A stretch of DNA of 61,387 bases, counting the filler, from Sphacelaria rigidula (taxonomy: Eukaryota), in assembly GCA_964200075.2 (NCBI GenBank). It is 8 parts of 8 records of this genome, joined end to end, with 100 filler letters (N's around TTAATTAATTAA, not from the genome) between each part and the next. Parts side by side here need not be neighbours in the genome. Positions count along the whole stretch, not along the records: positions 1 to 7,587 come from CAXNAA020014207.1; positions 7,688 to 15,273 come from CAXNAA020014208.1; 6 more parts are not named here. The stretch is one strand, 5' to 3'. Positions within the stretch are counted from its first letter, which is position 1. Every line of letters starts with the position of its first letter. The position numbers and the translations under genes are program-made. Of this stretch, positions 1-10,470 are shown one piece after another. The notes beneath the pieces were generated by a model. The model was given only the letters and a program-made list of their open reading frames with translations, was not told the DNA's origin and did not search any database.

Positions 1-1842
1 TGACAGCCAACAATGAGTTGTTTGATTCTGTGGTATTGCCACTTCCAGAGACAGCCACAGCTTTTACACTGCCTTATGGGTGTTTAACCAGGGGGGGAAA
101 TCGTACTCCTTTGTTTTTGACCAGCCGAGCACCGCGCATACTCGATTGCATCACCACTAGATATTTTTTTCATTATTTTTCATTTGCCGCACTTTCAACC
201 CTTCCCGTTCCTGGGGACGAGTCCGTGGTCTAACAGTTTCAGGGGATCAATCCATCTCTCCCCGGTACAGGCTTTGCATTTTGGTCTTGCGGATTGGATG
301 ATGACCATCAGCACTCCCGCACCGCGTCAACTCACGTCGAACAATCTCAGTCAACTACTTTGTTCACTCACGTTCTCACGCTTTCCACGGTAAAAATCAG
401 CTACTACGAACAAAAAACCCGACACATCAGGAATCGAACCCTCGTTCTCTCCACCCTAATGGCGACAGTCCGACTATTACACCACCGGAGCGCGGATGCT
501 TAGATTACACAGACTGTACAGGCAACAGCTGCTTGCTTTCGAGGATACCGCCAAATATGTCATACTGACTGTAGCTCTGTTATACCAAGACACCCCGCCG
601 TCTGTACACTGTGCAGGCCATCCAGGGGGCAGCAGGAGTAGTAGAAGTAGTGTTACTGTATCGTACCACTTGCCAACTGTACAGTCAGTAGCAGTACTAC
701 TGTACTTGTGTTGTATGTTCGCTGTACAGAGTGTACAGTCCGCACAGCAGACAACAGACAAAACATTACTTGTAGCGCAATGGCATGATTTCACAACCTC
801 ACCCCCTCATTGCGTGTATACGGCCGTGTATACTACCCGGAGTACCGCAGTATTCAATCAACATGTCGCTATCTGCCCGGACAAACTGTTTTCCGCGCAT
901 AGGCTGCGGCGGGTGTGGACGGTTACCATCATGTGATCGCACACATACATGACAGGATTACATTTGAACACTCAGCTGATGGCCTGTTGTCCATGACGCC
1001 GCAGCAACTATCAACATTTTTTCTTGCTCTTTGGAAAATTGCGTCAAGAACTGCTCGAAGAAACAACGAGTTTTTTTTTTCATCTCCAGATAGTATCGAA
1101 CAGCGAAGTCATCGCCGCTTATGTTTGTGATTTCCTGCCGTGAAATACAACAAAAAAAGTATATTTGGTGTTGCTGTCCAGGTGTGAGCTACGATGGAGC
1201 ACGGCTGTTGTTTCGTGTGTTCAGCATTTGAAATTGGGTCTCTTGCGGATTTGACTGTGGAGGGAGGCGACCCAACGTTTTGGTCGTAAATTTATGCTTG
1301 ATTTCTTCGAACAAGCTACCAATTACGCCAACCCTAACCCTAACCCCGACCCAAGGCGTACGAGACCCTATGGCAAGCAGTGTGCACAGGTTCCCCAAGG
1401 CAAAGTGTGCGTTGGCAGACCTGAAATCGACGCCGCAGGCGCCGATTTCGACAAAAACACGTTCTGGTCCCCTGCTCACCTGCCCTAAACCATGCATATT
1501 CTCAGAACTTTCTCAACTCTAAAGTCAAGTATTCATGTTGTCAACCATAGATATACGACCAAAGCTTCAGGTCTACTGTCTGGAGGCGTTCGCGCCCTGC
1601 AAGCTCTTATTTGCATATCCCACCTGCGAATAAGTCGCGCCGAAAAACTAGTCCTCTCTCCAAATCCCATCCAAACAATTTTTGAAACAACTTGTGGTAC
1701 TTTTTCTCTCAGAGGCAAATCTCAATATGTTTCCCCCAACTGTAGGCGGTGCGAATCAAAGTCTGGTGTCCGCAGTCACGTGCGCTACTTTAGCAGGTCG
1801 CATGGCCATGTTTTATTTCTGCTCTGATCAGAGGTTTCATAT

Positions 1843-1843
<1 letters not shown>

Positions 1844-1880
<37 letters not shown>
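1844..1880. repeat. poly-C homopolymer (37 nt); similar tracts at 7512-7561 and 45984-46017 lie at contig ends
   Basis: Directly visible C runs. Confidence 0.95.
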
Positions 1881-1881
<1 letters not shown>

Positions 1882-3204
1882 CACGCGCCCCTCCCCTTGA
1901 GACCGGCTCCTTAATGAAGGCAGTGACCGGGTGCAGTTTGCACGTTCGCCGAGTTCTTGGTATGCGGGGTCTGGGTAGCTGTTGTGCCGTGATACGAATG
2001 TCCACACAGGTGCAGTATCCGTTTTGGAATTTGACAATCGGGATTTCTATCCATCCGTGGACAGTGCAAATTGAAGAGGAGTGTCTACATGGTCACGGAC
2101 TTTCAACCAAATATGGACTTTCCAACCCCAATCAAAGTTTGGGGCAAATGCACCACCTCCTCGTGCACTCGTTTTGAATACCACCCATATTTGCACCATT
2201 TCACTGATGATGGAGGATAATGACTTGAAAACTCGGGCGAAGTGGTTAAAAGTTGGCGCGAGTTTAGTAACAGACTGGATCGAAAACGCCTAAAATCGAT
2301 TTTCGGCCGTGAATTTTGCCCGCAGCCATGTTGATCAAATAAGCAGGCCGCACGGTCAGGTTTCATTTCCGCTCCCATTCAAGGTTTGATATTCAAGATG
2401 CCACCCCCCTCTCGAGACCGCCTCCAAAATATATAGAGGAGAGTGGGCCTGGTTGTGCCGTCTTTCTATTTACCCGCAATCGTAAAATATGATGACATCA
2501 ACCTTCCACATGGAAATCTACAGCGACATCAAAGGTCTGGCATAGTGATGATGGTACTATCAGCAGAAAGTCGACGTCGTGTCAGATAGAAAACGTATTC
2601 ATTTCACGATGCGTACCTGTACCGATGCTCGGTCTTGACCATGCTCCCTTCTTCACTCACCAGCGATGCCTGTGACTCCGAGGACGGGAATTCTCCTTCT
2701 TGAATCTCGTGAATAAGATCACAGCTCCAGCGCGATCAGGCTACAGCGCACGGGTTGACAACGACCAAGGTCAGCTTGCACTGCCTCCTCTGTTGAGAAT
2801 ATACAGTCCCTGGACTGTACTGTACAGTGTGATCTTTACCGGACAACAGTTGTGCAGGAACATGTACCGTTACACACTGCACGCTTCAACGACTGTCGTG
2901 TCCCGTTGGTCGGAGATTGCTTTGCGATGGACAGCCCCACTCCCACAACAAACCAAGGCTAATTGTCTGGACCTGCTCCATACACGCGCCAGGTAAGCCG
3001 CGTGCTGTTCAAACTCTCGCGTATCACACGAAAGCTTAGGCTTCACAGGAAACTTGGGGTATGGCATCCCCATCATGGATCCATCGATTACCATGATCGA
3101 TCCATCATGTTGATCATACAACCACAGGCGACTGAAGACAAGCTGAGGTCATTTGAGAATAGTTCTGAACGCAGATCCTACCCCCCATCTGCAGTACACT
3201 GCGC

Positions 3205-3558
3205 ATGCCCATCGTACTCCGCGGCGCGTTCTGTCTACGCATGAGCCCCCCCTCATCGGCATGTCTCATCCGTGCCACTTCGCTCTCCTTACTGCTAGTA
3301 CGAAATGCCGCTAGCACCACCACCATCACGACCACGGGCGTCAGGGGTCTATCCTCCCTACCGGCTTTTGTGCCGCCTCCCCCTCCCCCCCCTCCCAGGC
3401 GCAACGACAGGGTGCCGTCAGCCAGGCTCGAAATCGAGGGCTTGAAACCTAAGGCTGCTCCAGAGGGTGCCAACATGCCTGCGGTTAACCCCAAGCTGGG
3501 GTTCATTGGAGCTGGGATGATGTCGAGCGCTATGATCAACGGGATCATTGCTGCAAAG
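3205..3558 (+). CDS. proC: pyrroline-5-carboxylate reductase, exon 1 (start ATG 3205 or 3241; long N-terminal extension)
   Basis: KLGFIGAGMMSSAMINGIIAAK is the P5CR Rossmann start (GxG-M motif), followed by the donor AAG|GTATGA at 3559. Confidence 0.85.
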
Positions 3559-4228
3559 GTATGATGTCCAAATGTATTCCTTGCTCTTTCGGCTTGTGTT
3601 ACGTGACCCTTGCAACGTCACACTCACGAGCACACGGAGCAGGTTGATCGAATCATGTCTGCGTTGTGTAGTAGTATACTACACATGTACTGCGGGGGTA
3701 CATTCGCTGATTTGAAAGCCGCACCGCGGACTAAAGCAGCGCGGCGCAGCAAATGTATGGCTCGTGCAGTAGGGGAAGGGGTGCCAAGGTTATGCGTGTC
3801 ATAGCTACAACAGCATTCGTCTTGCTCTCATGTATGTGTAAGTCTCTTCTCTCTCCTGCTCACACAAGTGTGCATACTGTACTTTATATATCGTGAAGGA
3901 AGGCGGCGCCCACCCTCCGCTGCGCGCGCGCCACCCTAGTAGCCCTGTCAAACCGCCGACTGGTTGAATATCATCAATTCGTAATACACGGTATGTCTAG
4001 CTCTTGGCTGCAAATGAGAATATGACGTTGGACGAAAAAGTGGTATATTCGCCTTTTTCTGTCCTATTTTCTGTCATATGCAATGTATGATCTCACATAG
4101 CATGTTGGTGACTGATTCGACTCATCGGGTTCATGAATACAATACCTCGTGGATTGATCGGTTAATTGTTGATTGTCGCACAACAGAGCCGCCGGATAAT
4201 CGGAACAAGAAACCCGCTCGCGGGGTAC

Positions 4229-4429
4229 GGCCGTGTCTTGGCACATGATGTTTTGATCGAACAAGTGCGGTGGAAGAAAAAAATGCGATCTGATTGGTCG
4301 TGATTTCAACCATCGTCCTTTATTTTGACGACAGTCGAAATCAGAAATCACAGTCACGACCCATCAAATCGGAGATTTTCCTTTCCACAGCACATTTCCG
4401 ATCGAAAAATCGTGTGCTAAGACACGCCC
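4229..4429. mobile_element. Tourist/PIF-Harbinger-like MITE, family B (intronic)
   Basis: Whole-length inverted repeat GGCCGTGTCTTGGCAC...GTGCTAAGACACGCCC; homologous to the 17190 and 18022 copies. Confidence 0.75.
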
Positions 4430-6020
4430 CTAGTATTGAAAAATGTTTCCTCCCTATTAAGGAAAAAAATGAACTGATGCCCGAGGGGTCCAGCCGCGGT
4501 CACGCGAGCTAGCAGTCAGTGTTGCGGCAAAAAAAAAAAGAAGGAAAAAAAAACATTTTTCGGAACATAATCTGATCACTTTTCCCTCAAGTCCGCCCTG
4601 CTGCAGCGCATAGCACCATATATAGCGACGGGGAACTGTTGGCTGTAGTTCGCATAACATATGACCAAAATTTCAGCGCCTTGCAGCGGCTACAGTGCGC
4701 TTAGGGCCGTGCGTCATGAACTCCGCACCTCTACAGACTGTACGCCGATCGGTACACTACCGATGGTCATGATCCAGAAAGGGTCGCAGTGCGGACCGCT
4801 GTCAGTTTGCTACCACATCGGCCGCCCAGCCGCTCAAGATGTCGAAGTTAGTGGACCTGCGCGTGCATACATGCATTCACCTCTAGTCCACGAAGTCTGG
4901 ACTGCGGATTGCACCCTCCATATACTACACCCTGGGTATGGTGACGGGCGGAAACTCGAACCGTGGCCGCCAACGATCGGCGTACCATGGGGCCCGCAAG
5001 GCACCCGTACCGAGCAACACCATGCACACCACCGAAGGCGGGACATATTCGCGTTTTCAGCTTGCAACTTGCGCCGACGACCCAGCCGTAAACATAATTT
5101 TCAGATATGCCGCGTGTTGGGCCGTAGGTCCTTCCCAAGAGGCTCCTCGCTCGTGTGGATTATTCCTACTTTGAGGATGCTCCAAGCTGATGTTTCATAC
5201 AATGACTCTTGTACGCGAAAATCCGCATACATTTTACTCTTCTTAATCTGTGGCGCAATACTGAGCGCTACAACCATTCCTTTTCAATAATGTGACGGCG
5301 GTCTTTTCTAGGAGATTAGGCGCCCAAACACAGCACACCTTGCGTCTGATGATGCTAAACCTTCACGTATGCGCGGTCTAGAGCCGCAGGTAGATGTTGA
5401 TGCAGCAGTTTTGGCTACCCAAAGCGCTTTGTGTGCTGCATGGCTTGAAAGAACGATTATGCACGATGCCGATTTGTTTTTCGGGGGGGGGGTTCTTTTT
5501 CCTCGTTTTTCAATTGACAATTCCAGACGGAAACGTTTATGAAATCCGCGCGAAGGCAGCAGCATTTCTTGCCAACATTGCCGTTTAGGTTGACCGCCTA
5601 TCGGTCGATGCTTGTAATAACACAAAGCACAACAACCACCAGTCAGGGTTCGTCATGTGTTGACAGGTGGATGGCGTCGGGTTTCACATGCCGTCTTGCG
5701 CAAGACGCGGCCGTACAGTCAAGCCGTAGAGATGAGTATTTCCTGCGAAGTACCACTCTGAAGCAGTTCGCGAAGGAGGCGAGGTCCCCTTACAGGCAGT
5801 ACCAGATCGTGCGAGCCGGAGACTGCGTAGTCTGACAACGGCGGGGGTGGTTGCTGTTGTCTTTTATCAGAATCTGTAGCAACACTGATGGACGAACTCA
5901 GATTGAACAAAATGGAAATGCTGACTAAAGGAAGCTGGAGAGCAGAAGACGACAAAATAAATGTTGAACAAACGGAGTAAAACTGAACGAAGACGAGGCA
6001 GATAAAATAGAGACGGTGGA

Positions 6021-6096
6021 GGGGGGGCGTACTCATTTGTTGCTTGCCTCAGTCGTTTGACCATTGACCACGCATCCCTCTCGAGACAGAGCACTG
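6021..6096. repeat. dispersed ~70-bp repeat, family A (GGGGCGTACTCATTTGTTGCTTGCCT...GACCATTGACCACGCATCCCT.TCGAGAC.GAGCA)
   Basis: Near-identical copies at 7688-7742, 22641-22709 and 30581-30645. Confidence 0.85.
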
Positions 6097-6626
6097 TCCC
6101 TACTTGAGGGGGGGTACATGAACAAAAACAGGGACAGAAGCAGAAAGGAGGGTAGAAAAAACTGTACTGCTTGAAGTATGGGCATATTACAAATATGTTG
6201 ATCGACAACAGTTGCAATATATCCTTACCTAATCCAGTACGTTTTTGGTCTGTTGGATCTGTTGACCACATTGTCTTTCCCTTGTTCAAAAAATAAAGCC
6301 AACCATCCATCCTCAACCATCCAACCATCCATCCTCAAACAATCTTTAATTAATTAATATATCTTCGTTATTGTAATACTATTTACAGCTTTTGTCCCGG
6401 TTGTGGTGGTACGGTTCAGTAATGGTATGCCGAACGGAACCCCCCCCCTTCCGGGTATTGTATACCCCACGTAACACAACCTCGGGAAATATTGGTCGAG
6501 TTCTAGCGAATATGAACCTCTCTTTGAGTGGAATGCTAGACGCTCACATCTGGCAACAAAAGTTGATGGAGCGTCCGTCATGTCTCTTTCTGCGTGTTGT
6601 TGGCGCGGGTCGGATCTGCATGGCAG

Positions 6627-6725
6627 GTCACGAAACCGGAGCACATCATCGCTACGGACATTTACAAGCCCAGTCTGGAGCGGATAGCGGCCTCGGGTGT
6701 TCGAACGTCGGACGTGAATATCGAG
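6627..6725 (+). CDS. proC: pyrroline-5-carboxylate reductase, exon 2
   Basis: CAG|GTC...GAG|GTGAGC; 99 nt in phase 0; VTKPEHIIATDIYKPSLERIAASGVRTSDVNIE continues the P5CR NAD(P)-binding domain. Confidence 0.8.
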
Positions 6726-7510
6726 GTGAGCGTGGTAGGCAATCGTTGGAGTAGTAGAACTGTTGTAGCCGCAATGGTATCATGTACCGGGATTGTGAGT
6801 AGCAGCGATGATGATAGTAGGAGTAGTAAATAGTAGTAGCAGTAGTAATTGTTAATCTTATTCTATACATATATTCTAGTACTAGTACATCTGGCGGTGC
6901 CAGGTTTGTACGGTGCTAACGGGGCCTGAACCCTGAGAGTTGTCTCCCCTTCGCTTGCTCGCAAGCCAGGGTTTTCAGTGCAAGCCAAGTCAGACCAAGA
7001 AGAAAAATTTGGGGGTGAAGGGTTGGCAGAACGTTTTGACCTAGTCATATCGCCCACGCGCATACATGAAGCACACTCACGGAAGTTATTTGATGTGAAA
7101 ATATTTTCGTTATTTTTTTTTAACGAGATCATTACATTTATAATTATATGCTGATTTTTTTTAAACCAAAGAAAGCTAAAAAGTAAGAGAGAACATTCTC
7201 AAATGTTGTACGAAATAGTGAGTAGGTGGTGAAGCGTTTTATACAATCATCGATTCCATTTCAATTTGTGAGGAGAAAGAAAAGTCGAACAGAAAACTTG
7301 CATCCATCCATCCGTAGATCCTCTTGCGTGCGGCTTTCACATCTAAGAAAGAATCATCGCAAAGCGTAGCGCCTTCTTCCCACATTGATCCCTTTTCCGC
7401 AACTTGGTCTGTACAAAACGACCATGCGAGATGTAGCTGCCACCGGCCCGCCTCATTGCCTTTGCAGGGCAAGGAGTAGGTAAATAAGACAAATGAGAGT
7501 TCGAATGACC

Positions 7511-7562
<52 letters not shown>

Positions 7563-7587
7563 CCCCGCCCCCCCCGTGAGGTCTGGG

Positions 7588-7687
7588 NNNNNNNNNNNNN
7601 NNNNNNNNNNNNNNNNNNNNNNNNNNNNNNNTTAATTAATTAANNNNNNNNNNNNNNNNNNNNNNNNNNNNNNNNNNNNNNNNNNNN
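7588..7687. other. artificial contig spacer N44-TTAATTAATTAA-N44
   Basis: The 12-mer gives stops in all six frames; identical spacer seven times. Confidence 0.98.
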
Positions 7688-7742
7688 CTTGCCTTAGTCG
7701 TGTGACCATTGACCACGCATCCCTTTCGAGACGGAGCACTGA
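7688..7742. repeat. family A repeat at contig start
   Basis: CTTGCCTTAGTCGTGTGACCATTGACCACGCATCCCTTTCGAGACGGAGCACTG. Confidence 0.85.
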
Positions 7743-9399
7743 GGGGCGAGGGGGGGGAGCCTCCGTGTCCGAAAATGTTCTCTCGACAGACCCTTGAGTT
7801 GAGGGCAATAATCAGTTTTGTAGCCAAATGATACCGAGCCGTAGGGTTCAGTATCATCGCATGCACAATTGGAGCAGTGGCTGGGCACATGGACCGGCAC
7901 TGGGTGGCTTCGAAAACAACTATTACCTGGGAGCCTAATAACGGCTGCGAAAAGCTGAGTGGAGGCGTTTTCGTCGGCTTCCCGAGGGCTTGAAAAAATG
8001 CGATGCTACGTTTTTTCAAACATCTCCGGGATCGATATATAGGGAATGGTACAGTGTTTTAGAGAATGAAAGAGGACCTTTCGTCTTTCTGAATCGAGAT
8101 TTCGTTGCTGGACATGGTGGAAAAGGAGGGAGTTGACATATGGGAAAGTGTCAATGCTGTATGATTTTCCCTCAGGACTTGAAAAACTTTAGCGTCGTAT
8201 TTGGAACGCCCTTGGGAGGCCGATGAGAGCTCTTTCTCTCAGCTGTTCACACTCGTTTTGAGGCCTTCAAAAATAATTTCTTTTTACTTCCATCCGTTGT
8301 TCTATTTTACCGCGCCATACCTGCGTAGCTTTCAACAGAAATAAACTGATCGAAAGTGCTTTCGTTGCTCAAACTATCTACACGAAAATGGTGGAAGTCC
8401 AAAATTAGGTTAACGTTCACCGCGATGTTGAAGCCCGTTATCAGGAAACCGTCTTATGTAATGCATTCTTTGCCCCTGCTCGCGATATATTGAGCTTGTA
8501 GCATGTGATATTACTTGCGACATGTCTCTAAATTGATGACGAATCAGGTGGAGGTGAAGTATCTACCGTTTCCCCGTGCTCCAGGGAATGTTCACACCAA
8601 AAATCATCATCATCCGCTGTATATATCGTTCGGGGTTCCGTATAGACTTTGGTGTGGAGATATTTCTGTACGTCATGGGATTTACTCGACATGGCGTTTA
8701 ATCAACAGGGATATAATTTCCTGGCTGTAGAGCCTGTGAGCATCCGCCCCTTGATTAGACGATGAAAAAGATGTTCGGATCGCGGCCCCATTTGTCCGTG
8801 TCGATGAGATATGGCTGTGAGAGCTTCAATCCGTATTTAGGCTTACCCGACGCGATTAGGATAGAAGAGACAGGTCGAATCGGCAGCAGAGGCGCGTCAT
8901 TTATCTCGAATTACGAAGGAGTAAATGATAGGGCGGGCTTACCTCAATCAAGGCGCGACGCAGATTGAGCAACTCCACTTGTCACTACTTAGAGCGGTGG
9001 CTAGCCAGAGTGCCTGCTATAAACGAAGTTGCCACGCACGTGAAGGCGAGCCGAACAGCGTCGATACCCAGCGTAAAAAACAAACGCGCTGCTGGCGAAA
9101 ACCCTAGACTCCACCGGCGTAATATCGAGTCATCAGGTTTACACGAGTCCGCCGGGCGCACACCGGGTGAGTCTTTGGGGCTGCGAGCCGTCGAGAGCTC
9201 CGCATGCGATGGTCTATACCAAAAAGAATTGTTGGCTCGACCCTCGGAGTTTCGCGCCGGGCTCGCGTCAACTCTACTGATGTCAGGACAAGTCTTGTTA
9301 AAAAATCGCTCGTATCGGAATCAAGCGCGGAATCGAAATTGGAATCGATTTCGCCTTTCGGATCTGGGTCCAGCACGGGAGACGAGCGCATGTGATTTA

Positions 9400-10470
9400 T
9401 GGCTGTACAGCGATCATCAGTAACAAACAATTACTGCCTACAAACCCTTCGGAGGACTTCATGCGCCGACAAAGAGAGTTGTGCTGCAATCCAGAGGGCT
9501 ATCAACACTCCTCACGGAAGCTCTTGCTCAACCCCGCATAGTTGTGGTGTGCTCGCCTTGGCTTCCACCTGTCAAGAAGAAGTGAGGTTGCAGTGGTGAC
9601 TGTTCGTTCCAAAACTGACACAGCGGGCAAACACGAGTGTTTGCAGATGCTGTTGATGCTCGCTCACTACGGGATCACAAGCGCTTGTCTGCGGCACCTT
9701 GAGCTAAGCTGTAGTCAGGCTATCGGTGGGTGTATGCAAATTCTCTTGCACATGTCCGTACGCAACGCCGTATGCCCTGGAATGCTCGGCCTACGTTTAG
9801 ATGCTGACAACGTCTTGCAACCTTCTCACACGTACTGAGATGATGCAAGTGCTTCACGCCGCCTTTTGATGGCACTCGTGAATCCTCTTGATTGTGCGCA
9901 TGTGCGGGGTTTCGCCGGGGTCTGGGAAAATCGACAGCAGTGAAGAGGTAGGATCCTGGAAAATGGGTTTGAATCTTCAAGTGGGGCTGAACCCACCTTC
10001 CGAAACTTCACATATCCTCCGGGATATTTTGCGAACCAAAACACTGGAGGTTCCCTTCGTCTGCTGCAACTTCCCCTGGCTAGCCTCGTTGCGCATTGTT
10101 GCTCCTGTCTTCAAAGTTATATGCATCTCATGTCGTACATTCTCAGTGATCCTCACCAGTTGAGGAGTGTGTTTGCGTCGGCTTCCTCCGGGTGTCATCG
10201 GAAGTTGGTCGGGCTTTTTTTGGAACGCATCTCGATCCGATATAAGGAAGGTTACCTTCATGAGGAGTCAAGTGCGCCTTTGGCGTCTCGGACAAGAATT
10301 CCTGTTGCTGCAAACGTTTTGCAGATATAAGGATGGGAGATTTCATCGGCGGGAAACTCCCGGCCGTTCACGTACTTTCCCGGATCTCGAAAAAACCATT
10401 TGGCACCATATGTTTCAAAGGTGAGGGAATCCAATAACAGGCAGCTTTCCTCACCTGGTGGCAGCCGTTT
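9400..10470 (-). pseudogene. degenerate, probably intron-containing KDZ-type (Kyakuja/Dileera/Zisupton-like) transposase relic
   Basis: Manual minus-strand translation across frameshifts gives ordered motifs HPYICKTFAATG; CVPKK..TPGG; HLHH..(R)E; V(D)R.H..GHT; VDSPL..QHNSLCRRMKSS.GF. Confidence 0.4.

Noticed and set aside
4661..5290. 209-aa ORF in the P5CR intron
   Set aside because: No recognisable domain; at most faint similarity to decayed retroelement sequence on the other strand.
7632..7643. TTAATTAATTAA recurring every ~7.69 kb as a biological periodic motif
   Set aside because: Always centred in N runs; an assembly linker with six-frame stops.
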